Positions 42,995-58,819 are shown, counted from the first letter of the stretch. The stretch: DNA of 64,000 bases from Eledone cirrhosa (GCA_964016885.1 OZ024741.1:227230001-227294000); one strand, 5' to 3'. Numbers and translations are program-made. The notes: generated by a model from the letters alone, not told the origin.

Positions 42995-43342
42995 ACACAC
43001 GTACACCTACACACATACACAAACACCACCTTCAACCCTCTCCTTACACAACCCACCACCACACCTACACGCCCCACACCCTTCCACAACTTGTTTATCT
43101 TTATGCTTATTTTTATTTTTATTTGTACCCCTTCCACCGTTTTTCCTCCCTTTTCTATCCCTCCCCTTTTTCTAAATGTCGCTCCACCACTCCACACACA
43201 CACCCTCGGAACTCTCTTCCCACCCACTTTTCTCCTGAAGAAGGGCCTATGCCCGAAACGTCGCTCCCCCCACTCTCATGAGCGTGAAACTATTAAACCT
43301 TTGTTTGTACAGCCTCTCTGTTTTTGTTCCCGTTCCAGTTTT

Positions 43343-43388
<46 letters not shown>

Positions 43389-43396
43389 CATGGCCA

Positions 43397-43519
43397 TCCA
43401 CTGATGAGTTTTAAGGGCCCGCTTGTGTGTATGTCTATGGATTATATACAAGTTTCTACATAACTTGGACATTATTTATCGCAACTTGTAGAAATCTTAT
43501 AACGAAACGATCGTATGGA
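43397..43519 (+). ncRNA. Type-I hammerhead with ~80-nt loop II
   Basis: TCCA CTGATGA gttttaag ... cttataac GAAA cgatcg TA TGGA. Stem III is the palindrome ACGATCGT. Confidence 0.8.
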
Positions 43520-43699
43520 AAGAAAGAGAGATTTATTTAATTATGTCTCATATAAAATAATACAACCAACTTTCCACGGAATACTGTATAGTTAGCAACC
43601 CAAACACTTAATTGGGATTATACTTAGGTATATCCTAATGTTTGTGGAGTGAGATGGAGTTGGTCAGCGTATCGCTTAAAGCTTTCTCTGTTAATGTAT

Positions 43700-43740
<41 letters not shown>

Positions 43741-44148
43741 TCTTGATTTGGCCAGGGATGAATATTTCCAGATACTTTTTAGGTATGACTTTCCGTATTT
43801 ATTCTTTGTATGAAATATTGATTGTTCTTCCGGTATCTTATCTCTGTTTTTAGCCTAAGAAAATACCTATATGCGTGTATAAATAATACATGCATATATT
43901 TATTTTTTTATATCCAATTGAGTTCTTCACGCATGGTTAAAATTATTGAAAGAATTAATTGACCCGCGTGCATATTATTTTATTCTTTTATGTTTTGCGA
44001 TGACCTCTTTCCGCTTGATGGCAGTGTGAGATCTCTCATTGTGAGACTGCTGGAATTTCAAATTTGGCGGTCATTCTAGCACGGAGGGGTACCATCGCTG
44101 AACATTAATATCGGTAAGGTTTTTTTTTATATCGATATTTGTCGGGCA

Positions 44149-44270
44149 TCCACTGATGATTTATAAGTGCCCACCTACATATATTCCTACGGACTATGTG
44201 TAGGCTTCTACATAACCTGGACATTATTTTCCCAATTTGTAGAAAACTTATAATGAAACGATCGTTTGGA
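44149..44270 (+). ncRNA. Diverged second copy of the same hammerhead
   Basis: TCCA CTGATGA tttataag ... cttataat GAAA cgatcg TT TGGA. Confidence 0.75.
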
Positions 44271-44447
44271 AAGAGAGATGTATTTTAATTATGTCTCATA
44301 TAAAATAATACAACCGGCTATCCGCAAAATACGTATAGTTAGCACCCCAAACGTATAATTGGGATTATACTAAGGTATATCCTAATGTTTGTTGAGTGAG
44401 ACGGAAGCCGGTCGGAGTATTGCTTAAAGCTTTCTCTGTTAATGTAT

Positions 44448-44490
<43 letters not shown>

Positions 44491-44502
44491 ATATATATGT
44501 CA

Positions 44503-44775
44503 GGTCACCAGTTGGTGCTACTGGTAACATGTATCCCAGTACAACCTGTCACATGGTCGGGTCGTTGGCGACTAAACTGGCAACCCCACCAAGGTTTCTT
44601 GGTGAGGAGGGTGACTTTCGACATCCTGCAGGACTAAAAACAAAACCTGTCAAAGGGCAAAGGAGCTCTTAAGAGTCAATGGCCATCCAAAATCACCGGG
44701 AGAGATGACCCCTTAGCCTTTGTCGAGGCAGAATTCTAGGAGAAGGAAAACTCTGATATAACACCTGCAACTCTG
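44503..44775 (+). mobile_element. Probable RTE-like LINE 5' UTR fragment with HDV-like ribozyme candidate
   Basis: CTAGGAGAAGGAAAACTCTGA motif recalled from RTE 5' UTRs. CCAGT ... GG GTCG ttgg CGAC TAA ACTGG fits HDV topology. Confidence 0.45.
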
Positions 44776-45103
44776 ATGGTATCAAATGATGTTGACTTGT
44801 TCTTCTTTTTGGTAAATATCATCTTGGTTAACAGGTGGGAATGGCTTTGTGCAGTGCCTTTGCTCACTATAAAAGCTTCACGGCACAGGCATTGCTTTAT
44901 ATCTGGAGATCTCTCTGCACTTGTCATCACATGGTACCATGGGCCCAGCACTACGTGTCAATAATTGTCACAAGTGTAGTGTTTGTACCAGAGTTTTCAA
45001 GTCGCTGGCTGGACTAAAAAGTCACACTTGTTCAGCGCATCGGTAGGGGTTCTCCTACATGGATATAAAGTAGTGGCCGTACTCGAAAACGAGTTGGCAG
45101 CCA

Positions 45104-47222
<2,119 letters not shown>

Positions 47223-47280
47223 CTAAGTTGTAGGGAATATTAATTTTAACGTGTCTGTATATATATATATATATATATAT

Positions 47281-47376
<96 letters not shown>

Positions 47377-47739
47377 AAGAGAGAGAGAGAATTTAGAATT
47401 TCGTTTTTCGCTCTAACATAGCGGATACATAAATACATTCGTGAATTTTATATCGAAAAATAATAATATTTGATTCGTTTGCGAGCAAACAACCTCATTA
47501 CAGTATGTTTTTTTAGATGACCATCATCATCCTTATGTTCTAGCAGTGGCACAGAGAAACAACCGACATATTGTTTCTGGGTTATTGTCCTTTGTCAAGA
47601 TTGTGTATCTCTTTTCTATCACTCATTAGAACACTTGAAAATATATAGTTTTCTCTAAAGAGTATATCGGCTGATTAACCTAATTTGCACACTGAGCGAT
47701 TTTACGGATGGCGTCGACGAAAATTAAAATAACACAATT

Positions 47740-48000
47740 AATTATCCGCTATGTTAGAGCAAAAAACAAAATTCTAATTTCTGTCGTGTAACCTGCATTT
47801 TGAATCATTATTTCCCCCCAAATACTGACAATTTTTGGGGCAAGACATTGATCTTTTGCAGCCAGTATAAAACCTGTTGTGGCTTTCAGTTTTGAACTGC
47901 GAAGATACTGATGGGTCTGGGTTTTGTTTACACCAGCTTGCATATTTCAAGTCAAATACTGGCCATATAGAGGTTTATTTTGCTATTTTGTCTTTATTTA
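47740..48000 (-). pseudogene. Decayed R4/Dong-like non-LTR fragment
   Basis: KPLYGQY..QAGVNKTQTHQYLRSSKLKATTGFILAAKDQCL resembles the recalled KPLHGQ...WL...LK.ETEG.I.AAQDQ motif. Confidence 0.6.
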
Positions 48001-50667
48001 CTGAAAGGTTGCTTCCTTTGCTCTTATTTTTGTAGCCTTTGCAGCCACTGTTGATGTAAGAGGTGTTTCGTGTGTCACAGCTGTGTTCAGATTTCTTTTC
48101 CATTTATATTTGGTTTATTTATCTCTTGCTGATTTAACAAGTATTGCTTCGGCACCCCTATATTTCTTCTTTTTTCTTTTTTCATAAGATAACTCACCTT
48201 GTACTATAAAAGAGTGGGAGTCCTTATTTTGTATCTTTCGGATCAGAAAAAGTCATTGAAACGCATAAAGAGAGATAGTCACATTTTTGACTAGCGAAAT
48301 TGCAAGCTTAAATTACATCACCCAAAGAAACATAAAAATAAATATTGAACATCGGCCGATTCTAGACAATGGCTGAAGAAGAAACGAAATATGTCACAAA
48401 TTAGAGTACCTCTTTGCTCGGAAAATGTGTACAATGGTGCAATACTTTATTTTATGCTTGTACAATGGTGCAATATCTATTTGTCTTTTCAAGAAGCAGA
48501 TGGAATCTCCACATCCCACCGAAATAGATGAACGAAGCATTAGTTGATGAGTTGCAGAAAATGTACTCGATTGACTGATGTCTAACATTAAATACCAAGG
48601 ATAAGGCAGGGAGATAAGCGTTGTTGGTGTGCAACAAACCTACACAGACTGGTGTCGCAGTACTTGAGGAAATAAATACGAGGTCAGTGATATTACTTGT
48701 GTCTTTGACTCCTGATTTATCATCACATTTGTTACATCCTATTAATAGGTGATGCATGTAAGGGGGAACTGTAATATCATGTCAGGGGTTAGATTAATTA
48801 TGAATATCTAAATACCGATAACTATCAGTTTCCAAAGATATCTTGTAGCTGTACTACGTTGATGGGACGGAGAGGCCGTAAATCCGATTAATGACACAGG
48901 ATAGAAAGCTCAGTTGCCTCACGTGAGGTAGCAAAGGTCACCTGAGAGTATTTTCTCAGAAGAAGTAGAAAATAAAAAAACGGAGGTGGTATACAGCAGC
49001 AATGACAGCCAGAGTTCATGAGCATTGCTACTGGTATCGCTGTTTCTAAAACCGTACAGATCACAGCTCAGGCAAACGCTAAGGTAACAGTAACAACTTT
49101 ACTCTATCTTCTGAGACACTTGACCAGGAAGGGTATTTAGAAGCCGAGCTTGTCCTACTACAAACAGAACTATCCAGTGGCTACGTACAGAAGCATTACC
49201 CTACGGTTTCCGGTGAGGACGAGAACGAGAAGACCAGAGAAATACTGGAAACTGTCGCAGACATTAAGAAAATATAGGGTAGGTAAAACAACGAGTGAGT
49301 CAAATCAAAAGGCATGAAAGATGGTGGAAGTCACCTCTGAAGAGCCACACAACTACCCCCTGAATTGTCTGAGCCTCATACGAATCGATGGCAAAAATCT
49401 GATGGAGATACTGAATTAGGTGTATGTAAAGTGAGAAAATTACACACTGCACGGAATTTCAAACAGCAAGTAATATATACTGACCTGGTAATATAATTAT
49501 TTGCCTGTCGTCTTGCTGGCTATATATCATCTGTTAATTATATGTCTCTAAGTGAGATTTAACCAATACAACAGTGATAGAATAATATATTAATCATTAA
49601 GCACACAAATATTCTTTATTTCACAATTCTGCTTTGACGTTTTTATTTTTCTTCTTTAGTTTGTTGTGACTGTAAATATATTAATATGGTGACGTTAAAT
49701 ATTTTTAACATTTTAATAAACTGTGTAGCAAGAAATATGGACTTGGCAGCCATTTGCTGAAATAAAGAGAAAAAGAACAAAATTCGTTTACAGAAGAAAT
49801 AACTATATGAATTATTTGAGAAACATACTTCAGATTTACGACATGGGTTCAACATTTTCGTCGCACATTTTATGACCTGGTCACTGATGCATGTCTAATA
49901 TAGTGAAATTATATCAGTTTTCAGGTTGTAAAACGTGGGAACTCTATAAGCTTAGCTAAATTATTTGTCAACCTAACTAAAAATCATGGAATCACCTACC
50001 TTTGAACACAGTTTCTCTGCAGGTATCAAGAAGAGAGAAATTCAAGTTAAACAACAACCACACCAATCGCATCAACCTGAGACAGCCGGCAACATCTATG
50101 GGCACTGTTCTTTCACGTCGTACTTAGGCATAAAAGGGGGAAATAATCACAAATGATAGCTTCACGTTTATCAGATGACGTTTCTTCGTCTCCATTTACT
50201 TGCTCTTAGGAGAATCAACGAAGGAATCTACAGAAACTCTCTGATAGCAATGTTACTCTCTTTCGGTTTCAAGAACATCTTTGACAGAATTCACTGAAGC
50301 AAGATGCTGGAAAGCCTTCTTTCTTATGGAATACCAGAGTAGCATGTAATTGCAATCACCTTCTATAATGATACAAGATGAGAGTCGTAATAATAACAAT
50401 TATAGTTGTGATTAGATAAAATTTACTATTGGTATTAATATTATTATTACTATAAATCTATCTATCTCACGAGGGAGTCTAACAATATAATAGATTGGTG
50501 AGCTTCTGTGATGATTTAGAAATTAATTCATATTATTATGAGTTTCCCTGGGGGAGAGGACTCTTAAACTTTGCTCTAAATTTCATGACTACGAAAACAG
50601 AAATTAACTATCTAGGATAAGAGATAAATTTTACAATATATAATCTTTAAAAAATATAGATAGATAA

Positions 50668-50781
50668 TTGTTTCTACTTTAGGCACAAGGCCAGCAATTA
50701 CACAGTGCATTACTGGTACTTTATTTTATCGACCCCGTAAGGATGAAAGGCAAAGTCAACCTCGGCGGGATTTGAACTCAG
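50668..50781 (-). mobile_element. 5'-truncated SINE with 16-bp TSD
   Basis: AATATAGATAGATAAT on both sides. Confidence 0.8.
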
Positions 50782-51037
50782 AATATAGATAGATAATATT
50801 AACCATATATACCATTGAGGTTTAGACTTCGAAATAAATAGAAGTGCTAAACATCCAATCGGTGTATAGATATAATTATATCAAATAAATATACATTTTC
50901 TCCTATATTGTATTGAGTACTCATTAGAAACGAATTTCCCTTACTCCAAGATTAGGAAATGCCAATAAATACACCACACACACTCGCACTTATATATGTT
51001 ACTTTCAGTCAGTGTTGGCATTAAGGAGTACCTAATG

Positions 51038-51153
<116 letters not shown>

Positions 51154-51295
51154 GTGTGTGTTGTGCGTGTGTGCGTAAAATCCCGACTGCACTGCCAAAC
51201 GGTCGGGATTTTACACATATCTATACCAACTCTACATCTTCCCATGTATCGAGTATTCCCAAGATTAGTGATCTCCACGGTCTCAGCACCGCAGA

Positions 51296-51425
<130 letters not shown>

Positions 51426-51450
51426 AATATATAAGAACCCTAGAGCAAAT

Positions 51451-51715
51451 CCTGAGCAACGCCGGGCCATTCTGCTAGTCTATATATCTAAAACAGAGAA
51501 TGTCTGTCTGTCTGTCTGACTCCCTAAAACTCCAGAACCACCCAACCGATTGTTTTCAAACTTTACACATGTAATACTTATGGTTGTGTGAGTGTTTTGA
51601 GCAAATATTTCAAATTTTCAATGCCTAGGGGGTGCATCAGGCGCCGGTAACGTCGCACCCTTATAATATCTGTCTGTATGTCAAGCTGTTTGCATTACGA
51701 CATTATGACACTATC
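51451..51715 (+). mobile_element. Helitron 3' terminus joined directly to a Helitron 5' end
   Basis: CCTGAGCAACGCCGGG..CTAG|TCTATATATCTAAAACAGAGAATGTCTGTCTG. Confidence 0.7.
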
Positions 51716-51722
51716 TGTATGT

Positions 51723-51810
<88 letters not shown>

Positions 51811-51927
51811 TGTAACGTTTTTTGAAATATTCACTTCTGCGTTCACAGATTGATTTTTTTAGTTTCAGAAGATACCGTTAAGGGTGGAAGCAGCGATTCT
51901 TTGCTTAAACTTTAATCTGTTATTTTA

Positions 51928-52044
<117 letters not shown>

Positions 52045-53235
52045 CATATAGTAATAATAATCAATTTGAAGACTAAAATCCTAAGAGGGATCGATGAGGA
52101 TAAGTATATATCAAATATATAAGAACCGTAGAGAAAATATTTATTAAAATTACAGATTAAAATTTAAGCAAAGAATCGTTACTTTCACCCTTAATGGGAT
52201 CTTCTGAAACTAACAAAGTCAATCTGTGAACGCAGAAGTGAATATTTCAAAAAACGTTGCAACCGGAGGAAGACAGGAAGACGATACTTTGTTTCGTGGA
52301 AACGTTCCCTGGCAAAGAACGGGAAAAAACAAATATAATACGTCCTTATTTGGAGCGGTGAAAAACAATTACACGCAAAGACAAAACCACGTTTATGGTA
52401 TAAAAGAAGTCGTAGACTAATATTCTATTAGGTGGTTCATAGAGACGTTCTCTGGCAATGAAAAAAAAAAAACGAAGATAATGAGTCATATGTGGAGCGG
52501 GGAGAAGAATTGCACGCAAAGACAAAACCACGTAAATGGTATAACTGAAGTCGTAGACTAAAATTCTAACTAGGAAACCGAATGATTCTCGGCTTCAGAG
52601 TTAAGAATTAAGTAAATAAAATACAGAGGTAAATGAAATTAAATAAATACATACACGCATCCATATACGTACATACACAAGCATACGCGAAAACACTCTC
52701 CATAGGTATACAAATACACGCACGTACACAAAAAAACATACAGAACCACGCAACGCCTGTACCCGCACGCATACGAATGTATACACCAAATACACATAAA
52801 AATATATTTAAAAAAAAAAAAATATATATATGTGTGTGTGTGTGCGTGTAAACATATAATTAAATAAACGTATATAAATAAATAAATCCGTATATAACAA
52901 GCGCATACACATACCTAGATGTAAATATACATATGTTCGGAGACGTACGTCAACCAAAAACACGATGTACACATATACACACACCCTACATAGTACGAAC
53001 CCGCATACTCACACAGACGCAAAACTCACGTATACACATAACCAAAAGCATATGTACCAGAAAAAATAATATATACGCCATAGCATATACAATCAAATAT
53101 ACGTATGAGAAAGTATACGTACCTTCACAAAACATACAGGTAATATATACTTACCTATACAAATAAGTAATGGTATAAACATAACATATACTTAGCTACC
53201 ACATTAAGACGTAAAATATCCGCATATAGTTCGTA

Positions 53236-55351
53236 CTATCCGTTAGGGTATAATGTGGGGCTGTAATACAGGAAAGTTTTGTGCAATTTATGTTTACAAA
53301 CCGAAATTGCCTCAGATTTTTTGTTTAAGATTTGGTCTTTGGCGTAGAGTATTTCCAGGGCCTCAGCGGCGCAGAAGTCACATGGTCTTTTATTTCCCTT
53401 ATACGATCTAGCCCTAGCTAGGATCTCCCAGTGTAACTTATATTGGGTGTGGTTGTCTTTTAGACTCCAGATATAAGCTGAAAGTGACGTCATATTCCTT
53501 CTTAAAGGGTAACGAAAAGTATGGGTATGCATGTAAAGACGCTGCTTGAATCTATTGGCGGTTAATCCTATGTAGGCCCTACGGGACGTGGGTGTTTCAA
53601 CCTTACATTTGTAGACAATGTTACTTGAGAGGCATTTCCCGGATAGGGGGCTGTGAACCCGATTCCTACAATTACAGTTAGTACTAACTACAGGGTTGCA
53701 CGTGTTCCTACGGCTAGGTAGTTTAGCTAAATTTGAAGCTGTGATGTTATGTGCAAGGTTAGGAGTCGTAGAGTAAGAAATTTTAATAGTATTTCTATTA
53801 AAAAGTTTACTATATTTATGTGTAGGGGGAAATGCTTCACAATAAGGGAGAGAAAGATCTTAGCTAATGGTGTAGCCACCTCCATATTATATGGTGGGTT
53901 ATACCATATAATGCCTCGGGTTCTATTTCTTCTAGGTCTATTCTCGGACTCTGTATATGCTACCTTATCGACAAATCCATTCCGAGCAAGAGTTTAATTG
54001 TAATATGTGGAATGGTCGTTGAAAATATGTTCGTTAGTAGATAGACGGGAAAGCCTCAAAGAAACGTTTCTTACCAGGTTCTTGGTTATGCTGGCAGGAT
54101 GGTTAGAAAATTAAGCGTATCATTCGGCTTTCTATACGGGTAATGCAAGCCATTCGATAAATTGAGGGTAACGTCGAGGTAATTAACGATTGAGAGGTTG
54201 GCCTCAACCTGTATGGAGAGGTTGAAGCCTTTAAAGAAGGCTGTGAGTTCTTTTGTGAACCTGTCGCAAGCACGTGGGCCGCACTTAGTCATGGTCAAAA
54301 GACCATCATCACGGTACAAACCACCGCCCACGTTGGGGAATTCTTCCTTGATAGAGAAAAGAAGGAAAAGGCCGATAAGTTCAGTAACCTCCGCAGAATC
54401 GCTGCCGCCCATACTCACGTCGAATGGGGTACTATTAGATTCTTTAATCCAAATAGAGTTGTCGAAATTAATCACCGACTTACGGGCATTGAGGATGACA
54501 TCAACTTCGAAATCCTTAACCACTGTGAGTGTTTTAGCGAAATTGATAGCTCTAAGGAGAAGTGGTAAAGTGATGGAGGAGTAGTAATTATTGATGTCGA
54601 ATTGGATAAAACGGCTATGTTCCTTGTTGCATATGCCGTTGAACCAATCAATTACCGCGAAAGAATTGTTCCACAGTGCAAGAGGGGCCAAACTTCTAAT
54701 TTCAGGTATAATTCTATCAAGAATCCTTTTACTAAGTCTACCTAAATCGGACTTCGTAGGGTTAATAAGCTGAATAGAGGGGTTGTTCGGAAAATTGGAT
54801 TTGTGATCCTTCAGGGTAAAGTGGGGAGAAATAGGGTTCAGAGGTTCTGTCCGGTCCAGGATGTTGAGATCAGAGGTGATTTTAAACCCAGCATCGTTGA
54901 TTTCATTAATGACGCTCCGAGTAGTTTTACGGTAATCCTTAGTTTCAGCATTATGTAGCAGTTGATGGTAAGTACTGCGATCCACTTGATATAGATTGCC
55001 AGTATTGTCGGAATGGACGTGCACGGCATTAGAATCGTTAATAGAACCAATTCTATTCTTCAGGTCCTGCTGGAAGGAATTGCTCCTATTCCAAAATTTG
55101 ATACTCCGTATGAGTTCCAAGACATCATTTTCGAAGGGTAGCAATGCTGGGTTACTCGGAGGGTTATTATAGGTTTTAAACCCAAATTTATCCTGTTTGT
55201 TGTCTGCTTATCCGTGATTATCGAAATAAAAGGCACGCCAACGCAACCTTTTAATGAACGCGTCTGTTTTCTGTATCAGGAGTTTTAGGTATGTTTTCCT
55301 GCTTGGTACGGGTATGTACTTCGTAGAAATATTCAGATGTTGTTTCTGCAT
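53236..55351 (-). pseudogene. PLE reverse transcriptase plus GIY-YIG endonuclease (Naiad-like), at least 2 frameshifts
   Basis: MQKQHLNISTKYIPVPS..FIKRLRWRAFYF; FTLKDHK; FDINNYYSSI; FDVSMGGSDSAEVTELIGLFLL; GLYRDDGL; NYLDVTL; CNCR..GKCL..NIVY..YIGLT; CDFC..E; CKHK. Confidence 0.9.
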
Positions 55352-55857
55352 GACGCCAAAGACCAAATCTTAAACAAAAAATCTGAGGCAATTTCGGTTT
55401 GTAAACATAAATTGCACAAAACATTCCTGTATTACAGCCCCACATTATACCCTAACGGATAGTACGAACTATACGCGGATATTTTACGTCTTGGTGTGGT
55501 AGCTAAGTATATGTTATGTTTATACCATTACTTATTTGTATAGGTAAGTATATATTACCTGTATGTTTTGTGAAGGTACGAATACTTTCTCATACGTATA
55601 TTTGATTGTATATGTTATGGCGTATATATTATTTTTTCTGGTACATATGCTTTTGGTTATGTGTATACGTGAGTTTTGCGTCTGTGTGAATATGCGGGTT
55701 CGTACGTATGTAGGGTGTGTGTATATGTGTACATCGTGTTTTAGTTGACGTACGTCTCCGAACATAAGCGTATTTACATGTAGGTATGTGTGTGCGCTTG
55801 TTATATATTTATTTATTTATTTATTTATATACGTTTATTTAATTATATGTTTACACG

Positions 55858-55905
<48 letters not shown>

Positions 55906-56514
55906 TATGTGTATTTGGTGTATACATTCGTATGCGTGAGGGTACAGGCGTTGCGTGGTTCTGTATGTGCGTGCGTTTTTTAAATTTTTTTTATTTTGTG
56001 TACGTGCGTGTATCTGTATATCTATGGAGAGTGTTTTCGCGTATGCTTGTGTATGTACGTATATGGATGCGTGTATGTATTTATTTAATTTCATTTACCT
56101 CTGTATTTTATTTACTTAATTCTTAACTCTGAAGCCGAGAATCATTCGGTTTCCTAGTTAGAATTTTAGTCTACGACTTCAGTTATACCATTTACGTGGT
56201 TTTGTCTTTGCGTGCAATTCTTCTCCCCGCTCCACATATGACTCATTATCTTCGTTTTTTTTTTTCATTGCCAGAGAACGTCTCTATGAACCACCTAATA
56301 GAATATTAGTCTACGACTTCTTTTATACCATAAACGTGGTTTTGTCTTTGCGTGTAATTGTTTTTCACCGCTCCAAATAATGACGTATTATATTCGTTTT
56401 TTCCCGTTCTTTGCCAGGGAACGTTTCCACGAACCAAATTATCGTCTTCCTGTCTTCCTCCGGTTGCAACGTTTTTTGAAATATTCACTTCTGCGTTTAC
56501 AGATTGACTTTGTT

Positions 56515-56565
56515 AGTTTCAGAAGATCCCGTTAAGGGTGAAAGCAGCGATTCTTTGCTTAAACT
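56515..56565 (+). ncRNA. Variant hammerhead (CAGAAGA core) in the PLE terminal repeat
   Basis: AGTTT CAGAAGA t CCC gttaa GGG t GAAA GCA gcgattctt TGC TT AAACT. Confidence 0.6.
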
Positions 56566-56576
56566 CTAATCTGTTA

Positions 56577-56871
56577 TATATATACAATCAAATTATAAAC
56601 GTAAATATGTAAGTATGTTTTTGAAACGGTGCACGAGTTTGAAATTAGAAATTAGAAATTATAAGCTTTCACCGTATTTTAGACTAAAGAAATTTCTAGC
56701 CTGATAGTGGGGTTTATAACCCTTGGAGAAATGGAAAAAGATGAGTGTTGCCGTACATGCTCCCATGTACGGCAACACTCATCTTTTTCCATTTCTCCGA
56801 GGGTTATAAACCCCACTATCAGGCTAGAAATTTCTTTAGTCTAAAATACGGTGAAAGCTTATAATTTCTAA

Positions 56872-56879
<8 letters not shown>
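56577..56879. repeat. Palindrome 56646-56879 of the 6085-6425 family, ending at (TA)n
   Basis: Centre GCCGTACATG ctcc CATGTACGGC. Confidence 0.85.
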
Positions 56880-56962
<83 letters not shown>

Positions 56963-57314
56963 TACATTCGTGTACAGATATTTTTGCATTACATAATAAC
57001 AAAATATAAACAAACGTATTGATATCATGAGGATCGATAAGGATAAATATAAATCAAATATATAAGAAAATTAGAGCAAATATTGTTCTCATTGCTGACG
57101 AGGCAGACGGCTGAAGAAGGACGAGACTGTGTTGGTAGTACGACCAACGGCCGCTATCACACCAACAGCGGCAAAAACAACAACAAAAAAGAGAGGGAAC
57201 GCAATTACATGCTTTTGAAAAATCTTAATGGAAAATTATTGCCTATTCACCCAAGGTGACTTCACTTTTTATTAGGAGTTCTGCATCAATTTGTGAACAT
57301 ACGAAGAAACTGTT

Positions 57315-58017
57315 TCAGAAAGGAGGGTAAACATGCCAATCTATGTTTAGAATTCGGAGCTACGCCGTGCCATTCTGCTAGTATATATCTAAAACAGAGA
57401 ATGTCTTTCTGTTTGTCTGTCTGTCTGTCTTCAAATGTTCAATGCCCTAGGGACCGCATTAGGCGAAAAACCGCATATTTTAGGCTTTAAAGGCTCTTTT
57501 GAGGCATAACGGAACAATAATCCAGGCGATTTCTTCAAAACTTGCATTACTTATGTCGTTTAAAGTATTTTGAACAAAAAAGACTTTCTCATTTTTTGCC
57601 CCTGGGACCACATTAGGCGAAAAACCGATTTTTGAAGCATTTTGGTTGCGTTAGGGCCTGTAACCTTAAAAGTATCCAACTAAATTCCTTCTTGCTCTCC
57701 ACCACTGCAGTCCCACATGCTTACTGCTCTGTAACTATTGCTTTCATTGTACCATAGCACAACAAATACATGTTCGGTTTGTCGAATGCCTTTTTACTTA
57801 ACCCTATCGTCTTGGCTTTCGTGGGTTGAGCATTTTACTCTCAGGCACCCAATTAAGTTAAACCCCTGGTAATCTACGACGAATTTTTTTAGAAGCACAA
57901 AATGTAGACACCATCCCCAGGCCGAGGTATTCCATACTTCTCTGTACTTCTCAGAAAAGAGGTATAAACATGCCAATCTATGTTTAGAATCCCGAGCAAC
58001 GCCGGGCCATTCTGCTA

Positions 58018-58018
<1 letters not shown>
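57315..58018 (+). mobile_element. Head-to-tail non-autonomous Helitron
   Basis: The 3' terminus (hairpin + CATTCTGCTAG) occurs at 57354-57381 and again at 57991-58018. The unit starts TATATATCTAAAACAGAGAATGTC. Confidence 0.75.
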
Positions 58019-58059
<41 letters not shown>

Positions 58060-58725
58060 GGCGGATATCTGCACTATTCTTCTATCAAATTGTATGCACA
58101 AGAATATTAGTAGAAGATATGTGTTCAAGGTGCCATGCAGCAGGAATGAACCAGAACGATATTGTTTTTGATCGAACGTCTTAAGAGTTTCAGCATTTCT
58201 TAAAGCACCATCATAGATCAGTTATTCATTTGCATGTCAACTCTGCTCCAGTCTCAGTAATGTAATTTAAACAATTGCACAAAACATTCCTGTATTACAG
58301 CCCCACATTATACCCTAACGCGGATATTTTACGTCTTGGGTTCATTTCTAGTAAACACATATTATTTGTTTCGTTGTAAACAGTAGATACTCTGTTTAAT
58401 TCAAGTTTTTCTCTTTGTGGCCAGAAAAAGAAGCTTTACTTGAATACTTGCAGTTTTTTTACGATTTTGTCAGAGATCGATCATTCAGTTTCCTAACCTA
58501 AAACAGTTGTTTACTGATAGAACAAACTTCATCTACCATAATTTGCATAATGTTCGTGCAAGATTTGACACCATTTTATTAACTCAGATTTGAGTTTGTG
58601 TATACTACAATTAGATATGTTATTAATTAGTTCGTAGTCAGTATAATCAGTAACTGATTTCCAATGAACATTTAAAACATGTTGAAATACACTGCCTTTC
58701 TTCTCTCCTCTTCACCCTCTCTCTC

Positions 58726-58819
<94 letters not shown>

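Larger units (their letters stand above)
52050..56575 (-). mobile_element. Penelope-like element with full-length frameshifted ORF and inverted 3' duplication at its 5' end
   Basis: The coding region runs 55351 to 53236 on the minus strand. 55353-56575 is the reverse complement of ~52145-53345. Confidence 0.92.

Noticed and set aside
48452-48757. Possible host exon (101-aa ORF); also 35126-35419
   Set aside because: No recognisable domain or supported splice structure.
53236-53720. Selenocysteine recoding as described for some Naiad PLEs
   Set aside because: The Cys positions read in the endonuclease region are TGT/TGC and no in-frame TGA was seen there.
56696-56740. Hammerhead in CTGATAG...GAAA
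   Set aside because: The core is non-canonical and no stem I or III could be paired.
57090-57125. CTGACGAG-GCAG/CTG hammerhead
   Set aside because: No GAAA follows stem II.
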